The notes: generated from the sequence alone by a model not told the origin. A DNA stretch of 64,000 nt from Candidatus Poribacteria bacterium (GCA_965215015.1 OZ244042.1:3200001-3264000), one strand, 5' to 3'. Positions 10,215 to 19,858 are shown, counted from the stretch's first letter. Translations and numbers: made by a program.

Positions 10215-10388
10215 AGTGGATTGGGGGCAATCCTAACATTTCATAAGCCCCAAGAGGCAATTGTCCATCTCAAAAGGGCAATCGCCCTGGAACCGGAAAA
10301 TGCGGGCTTATACCTTGAGCTTGGAAGAAATTATAGCGCATTAGGCAAGGCAAATCTTGCCTTGGCTGCATACAAAAAATCGAATTAA
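10215..10388 (+). pseudogene. Orphan TPR gene fragment
   Basis: Manual translation LGAILTFHKPQEAIVHLKRAIALEPENAGLYLELGRNYSALGKANLALAAYKKS; no convincing start or SD. Confidence 0.65.
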
Positions 10389-10549
10389 CTCACCCCAAAC
10401 GGATTGGCTGAGGTTAGTCTCCAAATCTATGAAGGGGCAAAACAATGAACCTACGACTGGGCATGACCCCCAATTCACGACAGGTCATCCTTTCAGGGTT
10501 TAGTGATAGGACCTCCCTACGTCCAAGTATATCTGAATCGTCGAAGAAC

Positions 10550-11383
10550 CTACCAACCTCGTTTAATCTCTCCCCAAGTTGTAGCAAGTTTGCCTGATGC
10601 GGAAACTGCGAACAGTACATTCCCTATCCCTGTCTTGAGTTGTATAATCTCAGCTTCATCTAAGGCAACGTTGAATATGACCAATTCGTCGATCACACTT
10701 TCACTGAAAGAATCAAACCTTTCCGGAAGCAATGCACCAATATGTAGACTCCTCTTAGAATCCGGAAACAAGGTTATTCTTTTTTCACCATCCCGGAGCG
10801 CAATCTCCCGCGAGATGCCATCAATATACATCACAGGGTCAGCCTCATCGTCTTTAGCAACAGCGACATAATGATGCCACTGATTGTCAGGGATACCCTC
10901 TACCCCCCGGAATCCACCTTTAAAAAAGAAAAAAAACATATTTTTAAGAATCTTGTGGAGTGCTATCCCATAATTCGTCTGCCCCTGTTGACCGTGCGCC
11001 CAGTTCCCTCCTTTTTCAAGAATATAGAAAGGTGCGGCAACAATATCGTTTGCATCCTGTCGGAGCGGTCTTTTTACCCATACAGACATGGTGATTACAT
11101 CATCAATCTGTAACTTTCTATGGTGTGGCACTTCCAGATATTTGCCCTTCCCAAAGGCAAATGCCTTTCCAAATTTTCCCTCCACCAACTCCGGATTATT
11201 CACCACTTTCGCATGGTGCAGGTTGCCGGACAAATCTTTCGTAACTTCGTTCTCGACTTCATCAAAGAGCCACAGCGCAACAATATCCTCTGGCTGAATT
11301 CGAGCATCACTTATGTGCGTCAACATCAAACTCGTGACCATTACGATGACACTTACACCTAATTTTGTTAAGGCACTTTTCAT
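10550..11383 (-). CDS. Secreted LamG-like jellyroll protein with C-terminal GKLATTWGEIK motif
   Basis: Signal peptide; VALWLFDE, DLSGN, GKFGKA, QWHHYV, IDELVIFNVALD; ends AVSASGKLATTWGEIKRGW. Confidence 0.85.
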   Translation of the reverse strand: MKSALTKLGVSVIVMVTSLMLTHISDARIQPEDIVALWLFDEVENEVTKDLSGNLHHAKVVNNPELVEGKFGKAFAFGKGKYLEVPHHRKLQIDDVITMSVWVKRPLRQDANDIVAAPFYILEKGGNWAHGQQGQTNYGIALHKILKNMFFFFFKGGFRGVEGIPDNQWHHYVAVAKDDEADPVMYIDGISREIALRDGEKRITLFPDSKRSLHIGALLPERFDSFSESVIDELVIFNVALDEAEIIQLKTGIGNVLFAVSASGKLATTWGEIKRGW

Positions 11384-11401
11384 TTTTTATGCTCTCCTAT
11401 C

Positions 11402-12301
11402 TTAGTCCGACGTCTTCTGCACAATGATTTCCTCCGACGTTTCCAATTTTAGCTGCTTAGCAAGATTTCCTTGGTTGATGGCTACCTCAAAAACGCCACC
11501 ACTCCCAAACAACCCAACATAATCGCCTACTGGCACATCCCCATAAGCCTTGACATATTTGCAGCGGATTTTCTGCTGGGGGCTAAACTCAACTTCGATG
11601 GTTTGCTCACCCTGTATACCCAATCTCTCGAACAGATCTGGACGTATATTGGTGATGGCATTTCCATATTCGTCAATTACATCAATCTGTCCAACAATTG
11701 CGCCATCGACCAATTTTGCAAACGAAATTGGCAGCTGCACATGCTCTTTCAAAACGGGACCGACCTTTTCAAACGCAAATCCTTTGGCAAGATGTGCAGC
11801 AGTCGGTCCAAAAATATCGCGACCATGAAAGGTGCTCGACTGAGCTGCTCCCCGCATGACATCAGGGTTTGTGATTTCCCGCACCTCCGCAACACCCATC
11901 GTCTTACCGATTAGTGTTAAGAGTCCGTTATCCGGCGCAACAAAATAATTCCCATTCTTTGTTTTCATTACGATAGGTTTACGTTGTGTGCCAACTCCCG
12001 GATCAATAACGCCAACGAAAACGGTACCCGGCGGGAACTCTGGAGCCGCTTTGGCAAGTGTGTATGCCCCCTCTTTAACATCAAACTTTGAAACTGCGTG
12101 AGAAATCTCGTCAATTTTCGCTTGCGGGAAAACCTTATACATTGCACCCTTCATCGCACCGACGTAAAAATCCTTAAAACCAAAATCGGTTATCATGATG
12201 ACTAAGCCGTTGGTCTCGGCTCCCATTGTAAGCGGCGTCAAGCTGGCAACAATCAGAAACAAAAGTAGCAGCCGGACGCCGTAGCAAAAGCATTTTCTCA
12301 T
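11402..12301 (-). CDS. SAM hydroxide adenosyltransferase (DUF62; chlorinase/fluorinase superfamily) with predicted signal peptide
   Basis: ITDFG, VIDPGVGTQR, APDNGLL, STFHGRDIF, DEYGNAITN, EVAINQG. Confidence 0.88.
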   Translation of the reverse strand: MRKCFCYGVRLLLLFLIVASLTPLTMGAETNGLVIMITDFGFKDFYVGAMKGAMYKVFPQAKIDEISHAVSKFDVKEGAYTLAKAAPEFPPGTVFVGVIDPGVGTQRKPIVMKTKNGNYFVAPDNGLLTLIGKTMGVAEVREITNPDVMRGAAQSSTFHGRDIFGPTAAHLAKGFAFEKVGPVLKEHVQLPISFAKLVDGAIVGQIDVIDEYGNAITNIRPDLFERLGIQGEQTIEVEFSPQQKIRCKYVKAYGDVPVGDYVGLFGSGGVFEVAINQGNLAKQLKLETSEEIIVQKTSD

Positions 12302-12350
12302 CGTATCACAACCTCTTTCTTTTAATGGTTAAACAATTTATCGAGAATTT

Positions 12351-12890
12351 TTAGCAAGCTTTGGATTTGGCATTTGTATCATATACACGGTCAATGCACA
12401 GATTAATTGTCCCAAGGTTAGAAAGTTGAAAAACGTAGGCATCTTCACGATTGTCCATATAATATTGCTTCCGAATAGAAATAATCCGAAACCCAAATTG
12501 TCTGTAGAGATGCTGTGCTGGTATATTGCTCACTCGCACCTCCAAAGAGACACAATCGCCTCCCAATGCTCGGATGTGTGCAAGCGATTCAGCAAACAAG
12601 TATTTACCAATACCTCGATTTCGATAGTCGGGAGAGGCCGCAAAGTTTGCAATATAGGCATCGTCTTCCACAACCCAGAAATTAATAAACGCAATCGGAA
12701 TTTGATGGTGACGGGTGACGAGGAAGTAAACATGACGATTCCTCTGCCTCAATCCCTCACGAAACGTAGCTTCATCCCACGGAGAGGAAAATGAACTACG
12801 TTCAATCTCCATTACCACCGGCAGATCGCTTTCTTGCATGTAATCAATCTGAACCTCTGGGAATGGCAGCTTTACCTTGATGCTTTTCAA
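12351..12890 (-). CDS. rimI: Ribosomal protein S18 N-acetyltransferase
   Basis: IERSSFSSPW, YRNRGIG, LEVRVSN, AQHLYRQFGF, RKQYY..NREDA. Confidence 0.85.
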   Translation of the reverse strand: MKSIKVKLPFPEVQIDYMQESDLPVVMEIERSSFSSPWDEATFREGLRQRNRHVYFLVTRHHQIPIAFINFWVVEDDAYIANFAASPDYRNRGIGKYLFAESLAHIRALGGDCVSLEVRVSNIPAQHLYRQFGFRIISIRKQYYMDNREDAYVFQLSNLGTINLCIDRVYDTNAKSKAC

Positions 12891-12998
12891 CCCTTATTTT
12901 TCCTATTTTTACAGATGCTTTCCCTACTCGCTCTGGATTTTATTCGCTTGTTCCATTCTTGGTCCACCGGCGACCATCTGTTATAATAACCTAAGTTG

Positions 12999-13223
12999 CT
13001 AGGGCGTGTTGACATTTTGCTGGTGCCAATTCCACAAATGCTGTAAGTCGATCAAGGTTCATATCTCGACAAAACCCCCTGACTATAACGCAATCTAGGA
13101 ACCCCCACTCCCGCAAGCAGGGGGAGAGCAACCGTGTGGGTATTCGGGATTAGAGGGGGGTCTGCCATTGAAAATCCTCGGAGCGGAGATGGATTCAATT
13201 TGTCAAATGTCAACAGAACCTAG
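12999..13223. mobile_element. MITE flanked by CTAG
   Basis: Ends CTAGGGCGTGTTGACATTT / AAATGTCAACAGAACCTAG; related ends at 3671-3689, 17769-17781, 25073-25088 and 35661-35680. Confidence 0.7.
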
Positions 13224-13236
13224 ATATAGTTTCCTT

Positions 13237-13274
13237 TACAGGATGTTAATAGCGATACAGGATGTTAATAGCGA
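13237..13274. repeat. 19-bp tandem duplication
   Basis: TACAGGATGTTAATAGCGA x2. Confidence 0.9.
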
Positions 13275-14120
13275 TTAGCCACTCTGCGTAAATTGCTGAT
13301 ACTCATTTACTAGGTTAGATGCTGCTTCATGGATGAAAGCTAGTTCATCTGCTGTCTCGAAAAACTGTGCTCCACGCCCCACCCATTCTCGCGCTGCATT
13401 TGCGTTGGATGCGGTTGTACCAAAGTAAACGCCATGCTTCTTGCAGATTTGGAGAATTTCTCCCATTGGACCCGTCACCTCAGGATGATCATAGTCCCCG
13501 GGGTGTCCCATCTCAATAGAGAAATCGCCGGGACCGACGTAGACCATATCTACCCCCGGCGTACTGATGATTTCTTCGGCATTTTCGTAAGCGCGTCGAG
13601 TTTCGATATGAACGACTAGCGTTGTTTCTTCATCCTGCTCAGCCATCCACGTTTTCCAGTCAGCTGGCTGAAGGTAGCTGCTATTTCCATATCCGGGCGC
13701 GACCGCCCGCGTGCCGGCTGGGGGAAACTTGAGGTAGCTGCGCAGCGTTTCGACCTCCGCTCGTGTTTCGGTGCGGGGCAGCTGTATTCCAACAACGCCA
13801 CACTCCAGCAGCTTTGCTACTTCGGCACGTTCCAATTGCGGTGTTTTGGCAATAACCGGGAGATTGTTGTCCCGGGCGCATAGGACCGAATCCGCAAATG
13901 TGGTCATCTCGAAGAAGCCGTGCTCGTACTCGATGTACATAAAATCGAACCCCGCCTGCACATACAATTTCACCAGCGATGGACGGAGATGCTCGGCGAC
14001 CATACCGCCGACAAGAACATCGCCGTTTCGCAATCGACACTTTAAGAACCGTCCCGGTCCCTCTGCCGATCCGGGGGTGTTCATCGTATTGTTTAATTTT
14101 CCCATAGTTATGTCTTCCAT
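13275..14120 (-). CDS. HpcH/HpaI aldolase family protein
   Basis: GFDFMYIEYEHG, KFPPAGTR, HIET, GVDMVYVGPGDFS; true start may be 14105. Confidence 0.88.
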   Translation of the reverse strand: MEDITMGKLNNTMNTPGSAEGPGRFLKCRLRNGDVLVGGMVAEHLRPSLVKLYVQAGFDFMYIEYEHGFFEMTTFADSVLCARDNNLPVIAKTPQLERAEVAKLLECGVVGIQLPRTETRAEVETLRSYLKFPPAGTRAVAPGYGNSSYLQPADWKTWMAEQDEETTLVVHIETRRAYENAEEIISTPGVDMVYVGPGDFSIEMGHPGDYDHPEVTGPMGEILQICKKHGVYFGTTASNANAAREWVGRGAQFFETADELAFIHEAASNLVNEYQQFTQSG

Positions 14121-14274
14121 AAAAAGATTTCAAAGATTCGACTTATGGATCAGGGTTAAAACAGGCGGCAGACAGTGGGCACCCTCGACTGATCCGAATA
14201 GACCTTACAAATGTACAGAAATTTTATCCAGGTGCGTATTTCCCTCTCTATCAAAAGGATTTCAAAAAACGGAA

Positions 14275-15213
14275 TTAGGGCGTCCATGTTTTAGCAAGTT
14301 CAGCGTATTGGCGCGCTTGGGCGGGGATGTTCACGCCAACCTCCTTTGACCAAGCATCAAGCAGTCGCAGATAAATGGATCCGGGCTTTCCGTCGCCGAT
14401 TGGCTGAAAGTTGAAACGGGTAACAGGCATCATGCAAATGGTGGTACTGGTCCACCAAGCTTCATCCGCCTCTCGCACATCGTAGGGTTCAATGTCAGCT
14501 TCGTGGACAGGGATGCCGAGTGTGGAGGCGAGGTCCATACAGGCGTGCCGAGATACACCACGCAAAATATCGTTGGGTTTTGAGGTCAAAATCTCACCCT
14601 CCCGAGCTATGAAGAAGTTGTTACCTGTTCCCTCGGTGATGAAGCCGTGCTCGTCGGTCAGCAGTGCCATCGCGCCCTCCTCTAGCCTGCTCGCGTGAAG
14701 TTGAGCGATTTTGTAGAAGATGCGACTCCGGTTTTTCGCTTTGGGATCAATATAGCGTGAGGGCACCGATTGCTGCGGTGTGATGACAAAGTGGGAGCCG
14801 GTTTCATATTTGTCAGCCTGATTACCGATGTGACGGATGAGCGGGAGGACATTGATGGACACGATAGGGGAATCACCTTCTTTGATGAGAGTATCATAAA
14901 GTGGCAGACCGCCTCGGGTCACATCGTGCATAATCTGGAAGTCGAAGCCATTGAGAGCGGGTAAGTTCTTCTCAATGGTCTCATAGGTAGCGGCTTCCAT
15001 TTCGTCTATGGTAAGACCACAATCAATTTCCGCATAGCGTATCGATCCGTAGAGTCGATCCAAGTGTTCGCGTAGGCGGAAGGGTTTCTGATTAAAAGAA
15101 CGGGTCACCTCAAAGACCATATCGCCGAACATTAGCGCAGAGTCAAAGATAGAGATGCGTGCTTCGCGTTCGGGGATAAATTCCCCGTTGAAATAGACCA
15201 GACGTTGAGCCAT
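14275..15213 (-). CDS. Aminotransferase class IV (branched-chain/D-amino acid type)
   Basis: YFNGEF, FGDMVFE, EHLDRL, TEGTGNNFF, ILRGVSR, ADEAW; ATG at 15213 behind AAGGAG. Confidence 0.88.
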   Translation of the reverse strand: MAQRLVYFNGEFIPEREARISIFDSALMFGDMVFEVTRSFNQKPFRLREHLDRLYGSIRYAEIDCGLTIDEMEAATYETIEKNLPALNGFDFQIMHDVTRGGLPLYDTLIKEGDSPIVSINVLPLIRHIGNQADKYETGSHFVITPQQSVPSRYIDPKAKNRSRIFYKIAQLHASRLEEGAMALLTDEHGFITEGTGNNFFIAREGEILTSKPNDILRGVSRHACMDLASTLGIPVHEADIEPYDVREADEAWWTSTTICMMPVTRFNFQPIGDGKPGSIYLRLLDAWSKEVGVNIPAQARQYAELAKTWTP

Positions 15214-15339
15214 GATGTGCTCCTTTACTAAATTTATATCCATCCTAAACAGCCTACCAAGCTCCTGACAGCTATCAATTCAACTACGCGCAATAAATTG
15301 CGCTACTACAAACTGATTCCTCCAATTGGCTGATGGCTA

Positions 15340-16464
15340 TTAATTCCAACTAGCGATAAAGTCGTCAACACCAAAATCTTGAGGCATGTCGTAAAAGAAG
15401 TACTTCATCGGACCGCTCTGAAACAGCGGTTCGTACTGCTTTGTCTCCGATTGGAGCTTGCGATCGAGGACAGCGAATCGCTGCCAGAGTTGTTCCAATT
15501 CGTCGACAGTAAAATGGTCTGCCATGCGTTGGATGCAGGGCCCATTGGTATATTCCTCTGCATCAGAATCTTTATATTTGCGAATCAAGTAAGCAATCTT
15601 TGACAGGACAACTAAGGTAGTTATCCGGGCGTGTTCACTGCGGTGAATCCGGTGCAATCCTTCTGTAAAGGCATGTATATCTTTCTTAAGGATGGCGCGG
15701 AGTGTAAATGCGACGTCGTCGTGCCTTTTAGCGTGGAGCGTCTCAAAGTGGTGGCATCTCTCGGCTGCCCACGGTGACAAATGTTCCACAAATTCCACGC
15801 CCATTGTAGCGGGGAGGAAGAAATGTGTAAATCCTTCGGCACCAAAGGCTTGGTATCCAAAGTGAAGCGTCCGCCGTTTGTTATCGCCGTTTGGTGTGGC
15901 ACTATGCAGGATGGTGTTGATGTAGACGACGCCATCGCCGGGTTTGAGATTTACGGTAGTCTCTCCCGGCAGCGGAACAACTCCCATACGACGCTCCATT
16001 TTGCTTTCCGCTTCGGAATTGCGTCGAAGGTGGCTGCGGGGAATTACGTGTAAGTAGCTATCATCATAGAGCGCAAGATTCCACTGAAGATAAGGCGGGC
16101 CATTGAGCCGAATGTCTTCTTGTAATCCATCAAGTGGTGCCATATCAATTGGATGGATGTCACGGTGCCAACCTGTTCCTGAATGACACAACACCCACAT
16201 CCCTAACGGGGCAACATCAGGGGCGTCCATCAGTTTACGGCTGAAGTCTAGAGTGCGGCCATCAAAATAGAACTCCACAGCGTTGGCGGTTTGCTTATCA
16301 ACCCACTCGGTCACTGTTATCCGGCTCGAAGAGGGGGCTTTATCGATAATGGTGTCAACACTTTCACGTAATTGTTCTAATTCATCGGGCGGGATCATGT
16401 TGTGCACAATGACGTATCCTTCCCGCATGAGTTGCTCTCTTTGTTTTTCAAGGTTTGTTTCCAT
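15340..16464 (-). CDS. Phytanoyl-CoA dioxygenase (PhyH) family protein
   Basis: EGYVIV, WHRD, QWNLALYDD, IPRSH, LKPGD, ILH, RRTLH (HxD...H triad). Confidence 0.85.
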   Translation of the reverse strand: METNLEKQREQLMREGYVIVHNMIPPDELEQLRESVDTIIDKAPSSSRITVTEWVDKQTANAVEFYFDGRTLDFSRKLMDAPDVAPLGMWVLCHSGTGWHRDIHPIDMAPLDGLQEDIRLNGPPYLQWNLALYDDSYLHVIPRSHLRRNSEAESKMERRMGVVPLPGETTVNLKPGDGVVYINTILHSATPNGDNKRRTLHFGYQAFGAEGFTHFFLPATMGVEFVEHLSPWAAERCHHFETLHAKRHDDVAFTLRAILKKDIHAFTEGLHRIHRSEHARITTLVVLSKIAYLIRKYKDSDAEEYTNGPCIQRMADHFTVDELEQLWQRFAVLDRKLQSETKQYEPLFQSGPMKYFFYDMPQDFGVDDFIASWN

Positions 16465-16588
16465 TGGTTCACTCCATTCTGACTAGCCACTTTCAGCAGG
16501 CAGGGTTTTTAGGGGAAGATGCGCCACATCGGAGTAGGCGATATTATAGCACGATTCTATCAAGAAATCTATACATAAGCGTACAACC

Positions 16589-17488
16589 TTAGCCCATGAG
16601 ATCTCCCGCAAATGTCTCCCAAAGTTCTTCAACAAAATCCACCTGAATGGAATCAGGCATTTTGACGATGTGGTGCCGGATGCGAATCGAAAAGGATTCG
16701 CCGCTCTCAAAAATCCCCGTCCCCGGATAGGCAATGTAGTCCATTGCGATGCCACCCATTCCGGATGCGAGTCCGGCTGTCACGGCCGGCTCGGTGAAAA
16801 CGATGTGACGCCAACCTTTTGGACTAGGCTGCCCAACTAACACCGGTTGATACCAAGTATCCGCGACTTTGCCCCCGCCCCTGAGTGCGTGCGGGATCGA
16901 CCCGAGGCGTTCAAAGGTTGATTCAGGGGCAACGATATAAGCGTCCAAATGTCTGCCGCCGAGGCTTTCAAAAGTCTTGAACTGTTTATCCGCAGACCAA
17001 TAGAATTGGCTTTTTTCCCTGTTGGTTTCGGTATAGCAGGCAAAAAATTGGGCATACTCAACGAAATTGATGGGGCTACAATTCCGGATTGTTTGCCGGC
17101 AGTTGTATGTGAGCAAGTCCTCACGGTCTTGAGGTTGGAAGAACCATTCTTGGTGGGTCTGGATGTTGTCGCATGTATACTCACTTGTAACGCAGATTTC
17201 GCTCCCCTGTTCTTTGTAGCCGGAGGTTGCTGGTACAAGCCGTGGCCACTTCTCATCTCCGCGACCGTGGTCCTTCCACCACTGCCACTCTCGACAGTCC
17301 CATGATCCATCATCGTAAACCAACTCAAGTCCTTCAGCCGCAACGGAAAAACTAGCGACACCTGTGTGGGTGTGTCCCGCTGTCCGCATCCGAACCGATC
17401 CCAACGCCCGCCCATCTTGATGACGCAGCGTGATGTCGGCAAACGAAATACCTTCGCCATCCTGATATATTCCTCGCCTTGATTCCAT
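16589..17488 (-). CDS. Hypothetical protein (beta-rich, possibly mutarotase-like fold)
   Basis: 299-aa ORF with AAGGAA SD, co-oriented with neighbours; no motif recognised. Confidence 0.6.
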   Translation of the reverse strand: MESRRGIYQDGEGISFADITLRHQDGRALGSVRMRTAGHTHTGVASFSVAAEGLELVYDDGSWDCREWQWWKDHGRGDEKWPRLVPATSGYKEQGSEICVTSEYTCDNIQTHQEWFFQPQDREDLLTYNCRQTIRNCSPINFVEYAQFFACYTETNREKSQFYWSADKQFKTFESLGGRHLDAYIVAPESTFERLGSIPHALRGGGKVADTWYQPVLVGQPSPKGWRHIVFTEPAVTAGLASGMGGIAMDYIAYPGTGIFESGESFSIRIRHHIVKMPDSIQVDFVEELWETFAGDLMG

Positions 17489-17553
17489 CGGTATTCCTTT
17501 CCCTACTTTTACCTGACGCGACGCTTTATTTTTAGTGATGGTATATTGTCTTT

Positions 17554-17770
17554 TTGACGTACTCCCAAAGATAAATGTTTGGGATTCTTATGATAGATTG
17601 ACCAGTAGCAGTTGCTCTATGCCATCTTCTTAGTTCGATAATTCTTACATCGATGACTGAGGTCTTACGGACCTCCACAAGCCTTTAGCCGCTCCGTGTG
17701 TCCCACGGCGAGGGTTCTCAGATTTATTGCAGCATTAAGGTCCCTGTCTTGTGTGCCCACACGCACTGCA
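17554..17770 (-). mobile_element. IS200/IS605 relic: tnpB 3' end, omegaRNA region and right end
   Basis: Minus strand CSACGHT/frameshift/DRDLNAAINLRTLAVGHTERLKACGGP* (stop at 17665-17667), then GAATCCCAAA...TTTGGGAG hairpin ending GTCAA. Confidence 0.8.
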
Positions 17771-17790
17771 ACAGAACCTAGCAACTTGAG

Positions 17791-18813
17791 TTATTCTACC
17801 CAAACCTCCCGAAAAAGCCGGACCCAGTTTCCGCCAAGGATTTTGGTAACCTCGTCCGGTTTGTAGCCTCGTTTTAAGAGCGCGGTGCCCAAGTCTGGAA
17901 ACTTGTCGGGTGTGTCAAAGCCCTTGGGAGACATCGGTAACTGGTCGTAGCGCACAGCTGGATTCACAAAGGTAGACGGGTATTTTGTCCCCTGCTGCGC
18001 GCCAATATACTCCCAGAAAGAGACTGGTTGATCCTGTGTAAAGTCGGTACCAACGCCCACATGGTCGATCCCTACCCGTTCCACCATGTCTTCAATCGCA
18101 TCCACATAGTCCTCCAGTGTGGATTCAAATTGGGTCGGCAAGAATGAGGTAATAGAAGTTGCACCGATAACGCCCTTCCGCTCCGCCAACAATTTCAGCG
18201 CATCGTCGGTCTTATTTCGAGGATGGTTGAAATAGGAACGGGCGTTCGCGTGGGTAATCGCAACAGGTTTTTCCGACAGTCCTATTGCCTCCAGTGTGGT
18301 GCGATCGCCGACATGGGAAAGGTCAATCAGAATCCCCAGCGCATTCATCTCCCGTATCGCGTCAAGGCCAAAGTTGCTCAAACCTTCGTCTCTACGCTCC
18401 CAACACCCATTTCCCAACAGATTCCGCTCATGGTAGGTCAACTGGATGACCCGCATCCCCAACGCATGAAACAGCGCGAGTCGGTCCAGATCATTCTCGA
18501 TAGGAGAGGCATTCTGGGAACCGAGAATTATACCAACTTTTCCGTTCTGCTTGGCTTGGAGGAGTTCGCCTACAGTCTTCACCTGTACCAGAATGTCGTT
18601 GTATTCCCTAAATCGGCGAAACCAAGCGGCGATATTATCCAAAGTCTCCTGATAGTTTTCCCACGTTGCGACAGTAGCGTTGATAGTTGTAACACCCCCA
18701 GCGTGCAAGCTCTGGAACACAGCGGGGCTCTCCCAATTACTCACATTCAAGCAATCTATCACCACAGCTTCTTCGTAAAGTTGCCTTGCAGCGTCTGCCT
18801 CCGGCGTTGTCAT
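17791..18813 (-). CDS. Membrane dipeptidase (peptidase M19) family protein
   Basis: QLTYHERN, GLSNFG, IDLSHVG, THAN, HPRNKTDD, GIDHVGVGTDF, KILGGNW. Confidence 0.9.
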   Translation of the reverse strand: MTTPEADAARQLYEEAVVIDCLNVSNWESPAVFQSLHAGGVTTINATVATWENYQETLDNIAAWFRRFREYNDILVQVKTVGELLQAKQNGKVGIILGSQNASPIENDLDRLALFHALGMRVIQLTYHERNLLGNGCWERRDEGLSNFGLDAIREMNALGILIDLSHVGDRTTLEAIGLSEKPVAITHANARSYFNHPRNKTDDALKLLAERKGVIGATSITSFLPTQFESTLEDYVDAIEDMVERVGIDHVGVGTDFTQDQPVSFWEYIGAQQGTKYPSTFVNPAVRYDQLPMSPKGFDTPDKFPDLGTALLKRGYKPDEVTKILGGNWVRLFREVWVE

Positions 18814-18837
18814 TTCAGTCTCCCTTCAGGGTTGATA

Positions 18838-19586
18838 TCAGGCGTGTTTTTTACGGAGCAGCTCTGCTGCCTGACACATTACTTTTAGCTTCAGGTACGC
18901 TTCGTCTAAATTCATAGGGTTCTGAACCGATGGTGAAAAGCCGCAATCCGGATGCAGCGTAATGCGTTCTTTGTCCACATAGCGCATGGCTGTCTCCACC
19001 CGGGCTATTATATCTTCTGGTGTCTCTACCTGCGGGTTACAATGGTCAATGCAGCTAAGCCCCAATTGGGCATTCTCAGGAAATTGAGCCAGCGACGCCA
19101 AACCGCCTGCGACTGGAATAGCATACTCCATCGAAATTGTGCCGGACCTTTGTCAGTCCTGGCATGATTAGGTCGTAAGGTCCTTCTGTGCCATGTTCAC
19201 GGTCAAAGTGCGCGTGGCACAGGTGCATCCCTGTATCAACGCCCTCAATTCCGTCCAGTGTTTGGTTAATCAAATCCACACACTGGTCCATCTCATACTG
19301 AACATCAGAGACGTCCTCTCGTTCTCGAAAGGCGGGATCAACCATGGCACTCAGCCACGGCTCATCAAGTTGCACGGTGTCCGCCCCCGCTTCACGGAGA
19401 AGCTCAATTTCCTGCCGCAAAATCGGCACACAATCGATCATCAATTTCTCACGGATAGGATAGGCAGCTTTTGAATGTTCAGGATGCCACATCCGCCCCC
19501 TCCTTTCGATCAAGGATCAGCTCCCGCACCCATGCGGGTCGAGGTAGGCTGCCGATGACGGTTGTGGGAAATAGTATGTTTGACAT
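18838..19586 (-). pseudogene. Cobalamin-independent methionine synthase II family, internally deleted and frameshifted
   Basis: MSNILFPTTVIGSLPRPAWVRELI (ATG 19586) jumps to VQLDEP...MHLCHAH (19076-19513), then to MEYA...ETPE...PDCGFSP (18838-19131). Confidence 0.8.
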
Positions 19587-19858
19587 GATTATTTTCTGCG
19601 CCTAGCAATCTCTGTTTTGAATGTGCCCTCTTGACAATCCTCTCTTATTAAATATAGGAAATATTATAGCATGATTCGACCAAAAGATGCTATTATGATT
19701 CGTCGGAAAATAAACGGGAATCAATTGACACCCTTTTGGAACGGGTGCTATAATTTTTGAGAGTGTAAATTTGTAGATAGATTTACGTGAATATTCTCTG
19801 AGTTTCTCATGGTTCTGTGATATACTTTGAGCACAAATAACAGATAATGAAATGGGGA

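Noticed and set aside
11402-12301. Fluorinase or chlorinase linked to crcB
   Set aside because: It retains the Asp/Arg/His pattern of SAM hydrolases, and crcB is 27 kb away.
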